Shown: one piece after another, positions 19,435-28,706 of the stretch
Layout of the letters: every line of letters starts with the position of its first letter
Position numbering within the stretch: position 1 is the first letter of the stretch
Source of the DNA: an uncultured Leptospiraceae bacterium
GTDB taxonomy: Bacteria; Spirochaetota; UBA4802; JAGODF01
Direction of reading: 5' to 3'
Length of the DNA: 64,000 nt
Assembly (NCBI GenBank): GCA_964627815.1
Contig: CAZVKE010000009.1
Span: 128,503-192,502 of the forward strand
Translations under genes and position numbers: made by a program
Notes under the pieces: model-generated
Databases searched by the model: none
Told to the model about the DNA's origin: nothing
Seen by the model: only the letters and a program-made list of their open reading frames with translations

Positions 19435-20361
19435 TCAGCGGGGGCCCTCCCCCCGTACGGCCTTGAAAAGCGCGATGGCAAGACCGTTACGTGCCGGATA
19501 TAACCTCACTTCGAGCACGTCAAATCCGGCGTCCACGAGCCAGCGCTCCATCTCTTTGCGGTCAAACCCGAGCCAGCGGTGGCCGAAGCGGCTGCGCATC
19601 TCCTCGTTCTCGTGCTTGTCGAGGTCGGCGATGATAAGCGACCCTCCCGGGCGCACCACCCGCGCTATTTCGCGGATACACTCCCTCGGCGACGAGAGGT
19701 GGTGGAGCACCATGTTGGCCACCGCCGCGTCCGACTCCCCTTCCCGCATCGGGAGGTGCTCGATTTCCCCGATCCGCAGATCGATCCCGTCGGCGGCCTT
19801 TCCGAGTCGCTTGCGCGCCTCCTCGAGCATGCGCGGCGAACGGTCCACTCCGATCACCCGATCCGCTACCGATTTCAGGTCGAGCAGGAGCTCTCCCGTC
19901 CCGCAGCCGAGGTCAGAGGCGACCTCGCAGCGCGACAGGCGCGACACGATCTCGCGGGTCAGATCGACCTCACCGACGATCTCAGCCTTTACAACGTCCC
20001 AGCGCGGAGCGAGCGAGTCGAAGAAGCGCGTTTTTTCCGACGCCTGGTCCGAGAGCATCCGGCCGAGCCTTTCGAGGTCATCGCGAAGATCGGTATCCCC
20101 CCTGACTATCTCCTCAAGTTTGTCGGTAATGCCGCCAGCGTTCCCGTTCCGCTGAGCGCGGTAAAACACCCAGAGGCCGTCACGCCGCGACGTGAGGAGC
20201 CCCGAATCGCTCAGGATCTTGAGGTGGCGCGAAACGCGCGACTGCCCCATCCCCATGAGTGAAACGATCTCATTCACGCTGAGTTCGTGGTGCCAGAGGA
20301 GATTGAAAAGCCGGAGCCTCGTCTCGTCCGATAACGCTTTGAAGTAGGATACAATAGCCAT
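19435..20361 (-). CDS. ArsR/SmtB-family HTH regulator fused to a class I SAM-dependent methyltransferase
   Basis: The N-terminal HTH is [41 protein letters not shown]. The C-terminus carries a [11 protein letters not shown]-binding motif. Confidence 0.8.
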   Translation of the reverse strand: MAIVSYFKALSDETRLRLFNLLWHHELSVNEIVSLMGMGQSRVSRHLKILSDSGLLTSRRDGLWVFYRAQRNGNAGGITDKLEEIVRGDTDLRDDLERLGRMLSDQASEKTRFFDSLAPRWDVVKAEIVGEVDLTREIVSRLSRCEVASDLGCGTGELLLDLKSVADRVIGVDRSPRMLEEARKRLGKAADGIDLRIGEIEHLPMREGESDAAVANMVLHHLSSPRECIREIARVVRPGGSLIIADLDKHENEEMRSRFGHRWLGFDRKEMERWLVDAGFDVLEVRLYPARNGLAIALFKAVRGEGPR

Positions 20362-20364
20362 AAA

Positions 20365-20396
20365 ATCAATATATCAAGATTTATTGATATAATATA
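20365..20396. promoter_or_regulatory. inverted repeat (ATATCAA-N6-TTGATAT) immediately upstream of the ArsR-methyltransferase gene; candidate autoregulatory operator
   Basis: A perfect 7-bp palindrome with 6-bp spacer lies a few bp upstream of the start codon, in an AT-rich divergent promoter region. Confidence 0.5.
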
Positions 20397-20610
20397 TGCG
20401 TATATCCTTATATCGTCAACAAAAAAATTTGTGATCACCAATAAATTGGTTTCTTTGGGGTCAGAGCCGTGTCGGATATATCCCCGCAAGTCGCGAATCG
20501 TTTTTACGGCTTCCGGAAGGTTAAAAATGATTTGACGGCAACGACTTTTCCTACCCACCTGTGGATGTGTCCTCAAAGGGGGATATATCCGCACTATTCC
20601 GCTATCCCGT

Positions 20611-21282
20611 ATGGAACCTGAAATGCCTCATCGGCCCGTGCTGCGCGTCACCGAACTATTCCGCTCGATCCAGGGAGAAACCGCCCGCGCCGGATACATC
20701 TCGCTATTCATCAGGCTTTCCGGCTGCAACCTGAACTGCCGGTGGTGCGATACCGCCTACGCGCGCAGTGAAGGCACTGAAACGCCCATCGACGATATCC
20801 TTGAGGCCGTCCGCGCTTCGAAGCCGTTCCACCATATCACCGTGACCGGCGGCGAGCCGCTATGCCAGCCCGGGGCTCTGACCCTCCTCGCGCGCCTTGC
20901 CGATGCCGGGTATGCCGTGCAGCTTGAAACGAACGGAAGCCTCCCTGTCAGGGAGGCTTCCGCGGCGGTCAGGCGCATCCTCGACGTCAAAACGCCTTCA
21001 AGCGGCGAGGAAGGGTCGTTTCTCATGGAAAACCTTTCGTATCTGCGCCCGGGAGATGAAATTAAATTTGTCATTTCGGACCAGGATGACTATAATTATT
21101 CCAGTAATTTTCTTGCAAAATATCTGTCAGGCCTGCAACCTGATATCGTTGTGAACTTTTCGCCTGCGGCGGGGAGCCTCCCGCCCGAAGCTCTGGCAGG
21201 GATGATCCTCGCGGACGGCCTGCCGGTGCGGCTGAACCTTCAGCTTCACACGATCATCTGGCCCGGCGGTGAACCGCGATAA
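20611..21282 (+). CDS. queE: 7-carboxy-7-deazaguanine synthase (radical SAM, QueE)
   Basis: It has a CNLNCRWCD CX3CX2C cluster and a C-terminal LHTIIWPG motif (compare B. subtilis QueE LHTLLWG). Confidence 0.8.
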   Translation: MEPEMPHRPVLRVTELFRSIQGETARAGYISLFIRLSGCNLNCRWCDTAYARSEGTETPIDDILEAVRASKPFHHITVTGGEPLCQPGALTLLARLADAGYAVQLETNGSLPVREASAAVRRILDVKTPSSGEEGSFLMENLSYLRPGDEIKFVISDQDDYNYSSNFLAKYLSGLQPDIVVNFSPAAGSLPPEALAGMILADGLPVRLNLQLHTIIWPGGEPR

Positions 21283-21294
21283 GAGAGGACAGCA

Positions 21295-22173
21295 ATGGAT
21301 TATGTCGGAAATGTCATCAGGCCTCCTTCCGAGGCGCGCAGCATGATCATCCAGGTCACCGTGGGGTGCTCGCACAACCAGTGCACCTTCTGCGGCGCGT
21401 ACAAGGAACAGAAGTTCTATTTCAAGGACATGGGCCAGATCAAGCGCGATATAGACGAGATGGCGGGATACGGGGTGCCGTTCACCAAAGCATTCCTTGC
21501 GGACGGTGATGTGCTTATTCTTCCGACCGCGACCATTATTGAGATCATGCAGTACGTCTTCAAGAAGTGCAAAACGGTCGATCGCATAGCGGTCTATGGC
21601 AACACCAAGGCGATGCTGAAAAAAACGCCCGAAGAGCTTCGAGAACTGAAAGACGCCGGGCTCGGCATCGTCTACCAGGGGATCGAAACCGGCAACAAGG
21701 AGCTTCTTCGCAAAATAAAGAAAGGCGCGTTCCCCCACAAACAGCTCGAAGCGGCTGAAAAGGTGATGGGAGCGGGTATTCTCCTCTCGCAGACCGTGCT
21801 CCTCGGCATTGGTGGCACGGCTATGAGCGAAGAGCACGCGATCGACACGGGCAAGCACCTCGGGGCCATGTCGCCCGATTTCGCTTCCGCGCTTACCGTG
21901 ATGCTCCTGCCTAACACCGAGCTTTACAGGGAATACCGGATCGGTTCCTTCGTGCTTCCGGACAAGTTCGGCATGTTGAACGAGCTGAAACTGATGATCG
22001 AGAACATGAATGTCCACCGGCCGTGTTTTTTCACCTCGAACCACGCGTCGAACTATCTTCCCATTCGCGCGAACTTCCCTGAGGAGAAGGACCAGGTGGT
22101 GGCGCTGCTCGATAAAGTATTAAAGGCAAGAGACACAAAGCTGCTTCGCCCCGAATACATGCGGGCGCTGTGA
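21295..22173 (+). CDS. radical SAM protein with non-canonical CX4CX2C cluster (Elp3-like / TIGR01212-like)
   Basis: The cluster motif is GCSHNQCTFCG. The gene starts 12 nt after the queE stop. Confidence 0.7.
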   Translation: MDYVGNVIRPPSEARSMIIQVTVGCSHNQCTFCGAYKEQKFYFKDMGQIKRDIDEMAGYGVPFTKAFLADGDVLILPTATIIEIMQYVFKKCKTVDRIAVYGNTKAMLKKTPEELRELKDAGLGIVYQGIETGNKELLRKIKKGAFPHKQLEAAEKVMGAGILLSQTVLLGIGGTAMSEEHAIDTGKHLGAMSPDFASALTVMLLPNTELYREYRIGSFVLPDKFGMLNELKLMIENMNVHRPCFFTSNHASNYLPIRANFPEEKDQVVALLDKVLKARDTKLLRPEYMRAL

Positions 22174-22207
22174 GATAATCGCCATACACGCACCGGAGGG
22201 ACCGTTC

Positions 22208-22369
22208 ATGGACAAAAGCATGGAAGATGCTGTGAGATTTATCGGCCTTGAGCTCAAGGACCATCCCGACACGGACAGGACAAAGCTCATCGATGAAGTC
22301 TCGCGAAAATTCGACCTCTCGCCGCTGCAGACCGAATTTCTCATCAACAAATACGTGTTGTCGAAATAG
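22208..22369 (+). CDS. small acidic hypothetical protein (53 aa)
   Basis: It has a GGAGGGA RBS 8 nt upstream. It is not in the ORF track because it is under 60 aa. It lies between the radical SAM gene and the ykgJ-like gene. Confidence 0.35.
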   Translation: MDKSMEDAVRFIGLELKDHPDTDRTKLIDEVSRKFDLSPLQTEFLINKYVLSK

Positions 22370-22379
22370 GGGCGCGGAT

Positions 22380-22742
22380 ATGGGTCACTGCAAACGCCGG
22401 GGTCACTGCTGCCAGGATGTCAGGCTCGCGGAATCCCCCGAGCTCCTTGAGGAAGCATATCGGAACTGGATAAACATTCCCTCGATCGATCCGAAGTTTT
22501 CGGAGATATACCTCATCTATCCGATGCTCACCTTCCTTTTCGAAAGGCCGGACGAGGACCTTCCGTACCACTACCGGTGCAAGCACTACACGCGGGACGC
22601 CGACAACCTCCCCGCCTGCTCGATCTACGATATCCGCCCGAAAATGTGCAGCGGGTTCCCCTACTATGAAGACGTGAAGCATCTCGACCGCAGCGGCCCG
22701 CTGAGCCCCTACGACGGATGCGGCTACAACGATCCCGACTGA
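22380..22742 (+). CDS. YkgJ-family (UPF0153) cysteine-cluster Fe-S/Zn protein
   Basis: It has the motifs HCKRRGHCC and CSIYDIRPKMCSGFPYY. The start was chosen at the internal ATG. Confidence 0.6.
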   Translation: MGHCKRRGHCCQDVRLAESPELLEEAYRNWINIPSIDPKFSEIYLIYPMLTFLFERPDEDLPYHYRCKHYTRDADNLPACSIYDIRPKMCSGFPYYEDVKHLDRSGPLSPYDGCGYNDPD

Positions 22743-22745
22743 CCG

Positions 22746-23798
22746 GTGCAGCCCATGGGAAAATGGCGCCGCGAGCGCATTCTTGATGAAAAGCTTCTTG
22801 GGATACGGATCACGCGAATGACGATGTCGGTCATTCTGCTCCTGTCTATCATCACCTTCGCCATCCTGAGCTACTACTTCATTGAAGGGATGTCGCTCCT
22901 CGACGCGGTCTACATGACGGTCATCACCATCAGCACCGTCGGGTTCGGTGAAGTAAAACCGCTTTCGCCACAGGGACGGCTTATCACCATCATCATTATC
23001 GGGACATGGATCACCATCGGCGCTTACACGATCAGCAGCCTTTTCAAGATGCTCGTCGAAGGCGAGATCGGTGAAATTTTCGGGAGGAAAAAAGTGGAAA
23101 AGCAGATTTCACAATTAAAAAACCACTATATCATCTGCGGATACGGAAGGATCGGCAAGCTCATCTGCCGCGAGCTTCGCGACAACAACATAGACTTCGT
23201 CGCGATCGACCACGGCGCCACCCCGGTAGACCAGATGGAGCGGGAAAACATCCTCTACCTCCCGAAGGACGCGACTTCCGAAGAGGTGCTCCTTCAGGCC
23301 GGGCTGATGACCGCGAAGGGGATCGTGCCGGCGCTGAGCTCCGACGCCGACAACGTCTTCATTACGCTGACCGCGAGAGGGCTGCGGCCCGACATCTACA
23401 TCCTCGCGCGCGCTTCCGACGAATCATCGCTTTTAAAGCTCAAGCGCGCCGGCGCCAACCGTGTCGACCTTCCCTACGCCATCGGCGGCAAGCGGATGGC
23501 CCAGGCGCTTGTTAAACCGACGGTCGGAGATTTCATCGATTTCGCCATCATGGACATGGACTCCAACATGGGTCTGGGCATCGAGGAAACGCGGATCGCC
23601 GAGCGGTCAGCCCTGGTCGGCAAAAACCTCATCGAGAGCAACCTGCGGTTCGATTACGGCGTCATTATCGTTACCATCAAAAAGGCCACCGGCAAGTTGA
23701 TATTCAATCCATCCTCAAAAGAGGTCCTCGAAGGGGGCGATACGCTGGTCGTGCTCGGAAAGAAGGAAGATCTTATCCGCCTGAAAAAAAACCTGTAA
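22746..23798 (+). CDS. 2-TM potassium channel with C-terminal RCK/TrkA-N domain
   Basis: It has a pore signature TISTVGFGEV and a Rossmann motif IICGYGRIGK. Confidence 0.8.
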   Translation: MQPMGKWRRERILDEKLLGIRITRMTMSVILLLSIITFAILSYYFIEGMSLLDAVYMTVITISTVGFGEVKPLSPQGRLITIIIIGTWITIGAYTISSLFKMLVEGEIGEIFGRKKVEKQISQLKNHYIICGYGRIGKLICRELRDNNIDFVAIDHGATPVDQMERENILYLPKDATSEEVLLQAGLMTAKGIVPALSSDADNVFITLTARGLRPDIYILARASDESSLLKLKRAGANRVDLPYAIGGKRMAQALVKPTVGDFIDFAIMDMDSNMGLGIEETRIAERSALVGKNLIESNLRFDYGVIIVTIKKATGKLIFNPSSKEVLEGGDTLVVLGKKEDLIRLKKNL

Positions 23799-23947
23799 AA
23801 AAACGATTGCAACGCATATGCCCTCCGCTACAATTACCATTTATTTGATTCCAGCATCCCACAGGAATGCACGGGAGGCATACTATTAACGGCAGGGCCA
23901 TAAATCTCTCCAGAATCGGATACATCAACCGGAAGATCAACTCACCC

Positions 23948-25648
23948 ATGAACCTCACCGACCTTCTCACGGTGATCATGGACATCGCCAAGGAGCTGGC
24001 CTCCGCCGAAGGCGCGTCGCTTCTGCTGACGGATTATGAAACCGACGACCTGATCTTCAATGTCGTTATCGGCGAGAAAGGCGACGTTATCAGGGGAGAC
24101 CGCGTCCCTGTAGGGAAAGGCATTGCCGGCATCGTCGCGCAGACCGGAGAGCCTCTCATCGTGGACGACGCGCAGAACGATCCGCGCTTTTACAAGAAGA
24201 TCGACAGCAAGTACAATTTCCACACGCGCAATATTGTCGCGGTGCCGATGAAACTGATGGATCAGCTCGTCGGCGTGCTCGAAGTGATAAACTCGATTGA
24301 CCGTGAAGGCTTCGACGACTGGGACCTGAAACTCCTTTCATATCTGGCGGATACCGCGGCGATCGCGATATCCAACCGCCGCATGTACTACGACCTGACC
24401 AACCGGATAGACGAGCTTACCGCGCTTTATGAATTTTCGCAATCCCTCTCGTTTTCGACCGAGGAGGAGGACGTACTGCGAAAAAGCCTTGAGGCGCTGG
24501 CGCGCGCCATACGGGTCGAGCGGGCCTCGATCATCATACATGATGAGCAGCGAGACTCCCTCGTGATCAGGGCCGCGTTCGGCCTCCCCGACACCATCGA
24601 CCCGGACAACGAAATCGATATCGAGAATTCGATCACCGGTTTCGTGTTCCGCAACGGCGATCCGCTCCTCGTGGCCGACATCTCAAAAGAAGTTTCGTTT
24701 CCGTTCAGCGCCGCCGACAGGAATTACAGCACACGCTCGTTCATTTCGATTCCGATCCGCCACAAAAACACGATCATCGGCGTGCTGAGCCTTGCCGACA
24801 AGCTGAGCAGAAATCCGTTCGACGCGTTCGATCTCCGCGTGCTCACCACCGCCGCAAGCCAGATAGCCGAGATGCACCGCAATCTCCAGTACCAGCGAAG
24901 CATCGCCGAACAGAAGCGGATAGCGCGCGAAATAGACGTCGCGTCGGAAATACAGGCAAAGATTCTGCCCAGGGTCCCTTCGTTCATACAGGAGCACCGG
25001 CTCGCCGCGCTCAACAGGCCCGCAAAGGAAGTCGGCGGCGACTTTTTTGACTTCTTCAAATTCGACGAGAATAAGTACGGCGTCGTCGTCGCCGATGTGT
25101 CGGGCAAAGGCATACCCGCCGCGCTCTTCATGGGCACGGCTCGAAATGTCATCCGCGCCGAATCGCGCATCAACAACCAGCCGGGAACGCTCCTTAAAAA
25201 TTCGAACAAGTACATCTATCAGGACTCCGAGCACGGGATGTTCGTGACGCTCGTCTACCTTCTCATCGACATCCACAACAATATCATCACCTACGGGAGC
25301 GGCGGGCACAACGACCAGCTGCTTATCCGCAAAAATGGCGAGGTGATCAAGCTCAACGCGGAAGGAAAAGCTCTCGGGATCGTTGAAAACGCGGAATACG
25401 AAGAGAAGGTGATCATGTACGGGAAAGGCGACATGCTCGTGCTTTTCACCGACGGCATCCTCGAACAGATCGGCAACCTTGACATCGACCGCGGAGAACA
25501 GGAACTTATCTCCATCGCCAGTGAGCACCTCGACAGAGGGCCCGATTCGATCATCGAACACTTCCGCGAGCGTCTTGAATCGATCGACATTGATGATGAG
25601 ATTAACGATGTCATCGACGACTTCACGCTTTTCGTAATCCAGTTCTGA
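23948..25648 (+). CDS. GAF-GAF-PP2C (SpoIIE/RsbU-type) serine phosphatase
   Basis: It has two GAF-like domains and a C-terminal PP2C domain (GGDFFDF, ADVSGKG). Confidence 0.8.
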   Translation: MNLTDLLTVIMDIAKELASAEGASLLLTDYETDDLIFNVVIGEKGDVIRGDRVPVGKGIAGIVAQTGEPLIVDDAQNDPRFYKKIDSKYNFHTRNIVAVPMKLMDQLVGVLEVINSIDREGFDDWDLKLLSYLADTAAIAISNRRMYYDLTNRIDELTALYEFSQSLSFSTEEEDVLRKSLEALARAIRVERASIIIHDEQRDSLVIRAAFGLPDTIDPDNEIDIENSITGFVFRNGDPLLVADISKEVSFPFSAADRNYSTRSFISIPIRHKNTIIGVLSLADKLSRNPFDAFDLRVLTTAASQIAEMHRNLQYQRSIAEQKRIAREIDVASEIQAKILPRVPSFIQEHRLAALNRPAKEVGGDFFDFFKFDENKYGVVVADVSGKGIPAALFMGTARNVIRAESRINNQPGTLLKNSNKYIYQDSEHGMFVTLVYLLIDIHNNIITYGSGGHNDQLLIRKNGEVIKLNAEGKALGIVENAEYEEKVIMYGKGDMLVLFTDGILEQIGNLDIDRGEQELISIASEHLDRGPDSIIEHFRERLESIDIDDEINDVIDDFTLFVIQF

Positions 25649-25662
25649 AAAGGTACCCGTAA

Positions 25663-26682
25663 TTGAAACGAACCAAGATAATTTTTATCATCGTAGGTAT
25701 TATTATACTCGCCGTGCTTTTCAGGGTGTTTCAGCACGAGACGATCGAATATATACGAAAACTCGGATGGGCATTCTGGGCCTGGAAGTTCTGGATAATC
25801 GTCGGGATATTCTTCTTCAACCATGTGTTCCTCACCTACGGATGGAAGGTCCTCATCACCAATCCGCTGAAAGCATCCCACTTTTACCGGCTCGTGCTCG
25901 CGCGGATCGCGGGCGACTCGACGGCGGCCATCAACAGTCTGGGAGCCCTTGCCGGCGAACCGCTCAAAGCCCTCTTCATCAGGGAGATCGTTCCCCTCAA
26001 GACGGGACTTGCCTCCGTGGTGCTCGACCGGCTGATCCACACCGTGGCCAACACGCTTCTCATCCTGACCGGAATTTTCATCAGCTTCTTCATCCTGAAA
26101 ATACCGGTCTATGTCACGATCGCGACTTTCGCGCTTTTCCTCGGGTTTCTCTGGATCATGCTCGTGGTTCTCATCAAGCAGCGCGACGGATTCCTTGAGT
26201 ATGTCATCGGAAAGATGCCCGCAAAGCTTACCGCGCGTTTTTTGAACGAATCACGATGGGAGAAGATCCGCACGCTCGACGAGGAGATCGGCTTTATCTT
26301 CAGCAGCCGCGACAACATGCGGCACTTTTACGTTTCTCTCATCGTGCATTATGTTTCCGTGCTCGTTTCAGGATTCCTTGAAATCTATCTGATAATACTA
26401 TTTCTGGGTGTACACATCACTGTGTCACACGCGCTTTTCGTCTATATTTTTGGATTATTCCTCACGAGCGCTATCTTTTTTATGCCGGCGAACCTCGGCA
26501 CCAGCGAAGGCTCCTACTCGCTCGCGTTGCGGCTTCTCGGCTACGATCCGGCGATCGGGCTTTCCGTCGGCATTATACGAAGGCTGCGCTCGTTCGTGTG
26601 GGCGGCGGTCGGGATGCTCATCCTGCTGTACGCGGGATTACTAAAGAAAGAGGTGGAGTATGAAGAAGGAGAAAATATTTAA
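25663..26682 (+). CDS. flippase-like / lysylphosphatidylglycerol-synthase-TM-type (UPF0104) membrane protein
   Basis: It has 8 predicted TM helices and the characteristic family pattern (VLARIAGDSTAAINSLGALAGEP). Confidence 0.55.
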   Translation: MKRTKIIFIIVGIIILAVLFRVFQHETIEYIRKLGWAFWAWKFWIIVGIFFFNHVFLTYGWKVLITNPLKASHFYRLVLARIAGDSTAAINSLGALAGEPLKALFIREIVPLKTGLASVVLDRLIHTVANTLLILTGIFISFFILKIPVYVTIATFALFLGFLWIMLVVLIKQRDGFLEYVIGKMPAKLTARFLNESRWEKIRTLDEEIGFIFSSRDNMRHFYVSLIVHYVSVLVSGFLEIYLIILFLGVHITVSHALFVYIFGLFLTSAIFFMPANLGTSEGSYSLALRLLGYDPAIGLSVGIIRRLRSFVWAAVGMLILLYAGLLKKEVEYEEGENI

Positions 26683-27745
26683 GTCCCCGAAGATCGGGAA
26701 GATCGCGAAAGCGGGCGCGGTATACCTGGGGCGATATATCTCCCGGAAGCCGCTCGTATTCAACCTGAACCTGAATGTCACCAACCTCTGCAACCAGAAC
26801 TGCCCGATGTGCAATGCCGTCATCGTCGGCAAGGGCACCGGAGAGACGATCACCTTTGATCAGTTCAAGGAATATTTGGATATACTTGCGCCGCTTAAGA
26901 TCGCCTCGCTCACCATATCCGGCGGAGAGCCGTCGCTCGTCAAGGACATGCCGGCTATCTTCGATTACGCGGTGGATAAATTCCCGTTCGGCGTAAACTG
27001 CAACTCCAATCTCTACGCCCAGGAGTCGGTCATCTCGCGTTTTGCCGAGGCTGCGATGCGCAACAACATCCGCATCGGAACCTCGTTCGACGGGTTCGGC
27101 GCGACCGCCGATAAACTGCGCGGCGCGAAGAACGTATCCGACCGTGTCACGAAAAGCATCGAGTTCCTGACGCGCATGCGCGCCGACATGAAATCGACCT
27201 CTACGCTCAACATGCACACCGTGATCTCCGACCAGAACATCGACCAGGTCCCCGACATCATCGCGCTTTCCGAGAAGTACGGCTGGACCCAGACGCTCGC
27301 GCCCGTGAACAACTTCTACTACCAGAGCTGCAGCGATCCGAACACGCCGGTGCTCCACTACAGCGAGAAGCTCGAAAAAGTCGTCGCCCTTGCCGCCACG
27401 AAAAAACACGTCGCAGTGTCGCGCGATTTTCTGCTGAATATACCCCGCTATGTGAAGGGGGATATGGATAAATACTGCCCCTACCTCACGGGCATCTTCA
27501 AGGTCTACAAAATATTCGTCGACCCGAACGGCGATCTCTCGCTGTGCAGCCGCAAGCCGCTCGGCAACATCAAAACAGCGTCGCTCAGGGAGATGCTCTC
27601 CGGCGAGCGGTACCAGCGCGACCTGAAGGCGTATCTCAACTGCCCCGGCTGCTGGATGGCCTGCTTTGTCGAGATACTGCTCGCGACGCCGAAACCGTAT
27701 CAGAAGCTTATCATGAACAAATTCCCGAAGAAGAGCGCCTCATAG
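26660..27745 (+). CDS. radical SAM protein with C-terminal SPASM/twitch domain
   Basis: It has a CNQNCPMC CX3CX2C cluster and C-terminal cysteines CPYLTG...CSRKP...CPGCWMAC. It overlaps the upstream gene by 23 nt. Confidence 0.8.
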   Translation: MKKEKIFKSPKIGKIAKAGAVYLGRYISRKPLVFNLNLNVTNLCNQNCPMCNAVIVGKGTGETITFDQFKEYLDILAPLKIASLTISGGEPSLVKDMPAIFDYAVDKFPFGVNCNSNLYAQESVISRFAEAAMRNNIRIGTSFDGFGATADKLRGAKNVSDRVTKSIEFLTRMRADMKSTSTLNMHTVISDQNIDQVPDIIALSEKYGWTQTLAPVNNFYYQSCSDPNTPVLHYSEKLEKVVALAATKKHVAVSRDFLLNIPRYVKGDMDKYCPYLTGIFKVYKIFVDPNGDLSLCSRKPLGNIKTASLREMLSGERYQRDLKAYLNCPGCWMACFVEILLATPKPYQKLIMNKFPKKSAS

Positions 27746-27772
27746 GATAGCGGGTATCTTTATCCGTCTACA

Positions 27773-27803
27773 GAAAAGCGCGGCAATGATGCCGCGCTTT
27801 TTT
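27773..27803. terminator. bidirectional rho-independent terminator between convergent genes
   Basis: An 8-bp stem (GCGCGGCA/TGCCGCGC) is flanked by AAAA upstream and TTTTTT downstream. Confidence 0.65.
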
Positions 27804-27901
27804 CATTTCATCGCATTTCAAGAAACCGGTGCTTCTGAATTTCTCTCCACAGCGCTCACCTGTCCGAAACGGATACAGGAAAGCGGCAGGTCGATATCCC
27901 C

Positions 27902-28669
27902 CTACTTCGCCGCCATTCGGATGGCGCCGTCGATCCGTATGGTTTCGCCGTTGATCATCTGGTTCTCAATGATATGCGCCACCAGCGCGGCAAATTCCTC
28001 CGGAAGGCCGAAGCGCTTCGGGAACGGCACCTGGTTCTCGAGCGATTTTCGCACCGGCTCCGGCATGAGGCGCGCCATCGGCGTGTCGAAAATACCGGGA
28101 GCTATCGTGTTCACGCGGATGCCGAACGGGGCAAGCTCGCGCGCAATGGGAAGGGTCATCCCCACGATACCGGCCTTGGACGCCGAGTAGGCCGCCTGCC
28201 CGACCTGCCCGTCGTATGCAGCGATCGACGCGGTGTTGATGATGACGCCGCGCTCCCCGCCCTCGACCGGGCTGTTGTTCACCATCTCCGAGGCGGCGAG
28301 CCGTATGACATTGAAGGTGCCGGTGAGGTTGATCTTAAGCGTGAGCTCAAAGAGGTCGAGCGGGAACGGGCCCTTCGTGCTTACGGTTTTTGTCGCGCTC
28401 GCGATCCCCGCGCAGTTGACGACAGTGTTTATCGATCCGAATTTACTGACGGCGGCCTCGATTGCCCGCAGCACGTCCTCTTCGCCGGCAACATTGGTTT
28501 TCACGAAGATCGCGCTCCCGCCCATCTCGCCGGCAAGCGCCCTGCCGCGCTCTTCGGCCATATCGAGGATCGCTGCCGAACCGCCTGATCTGACAATATC
28601 CTTAACCACGGCCTCGCCGAGGCCCGATGCGCCGCCCGTGACGAGGGCGATGACGTTGTTGATTTTCAC
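27902..28669 (-). CDS. SDR-family 3-hydroxyacyl-CoA dehydrogenase-like oxidoreductase
   Basis: It has TGGASGLG and YSASKAG motifs. Confidence 0.85.
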   Translation of the reverse strand: MKINNVIALVTGGASGLGEAVVKDIVRSGGSAAILDMAEERGRALAGEMGGSAIFVKTNVAGEEDVLRAIEAAVSKFGSINTVVNCAGIASATKTVSTKGPFPLDLFELTLKINLTGTFNVIRLAASEMVNNSPVEGGERGVIINTASIAAYDGQVGQAAYSASKAGIVGMTLPIARELAPFGIRVNTIAPGIFDTPMARLMPEPVRKSLENQVPFPKRFGLPEEFAALVAHIIENQMINGETIRIDGAIRMAAK

Positions 28670-28706
28670 ACGACCCCCTTCCGCTGTAACGCGAAAATTA
28701 CGTTAT

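Noticed and set aside
20397-20610. A preQ1 riboswitch upstream of queE, and an SAH riboswitch upstream of ahcY (19395-19434).
   Set aside because: I saw no recognisable preQ1-I/II consensus. The ahcY leader is only about 40 nt and sits inside an operon.
27786-28190. A 134-aa ORF on the + strand after the radical SAM/SPASM gene, which could have been a RiPP precursor-like partner.
   Set aside because: It overlaps the well-supported SDR gene on the opposite strand. It starts inside the bidirectional terminator and has no RBS.
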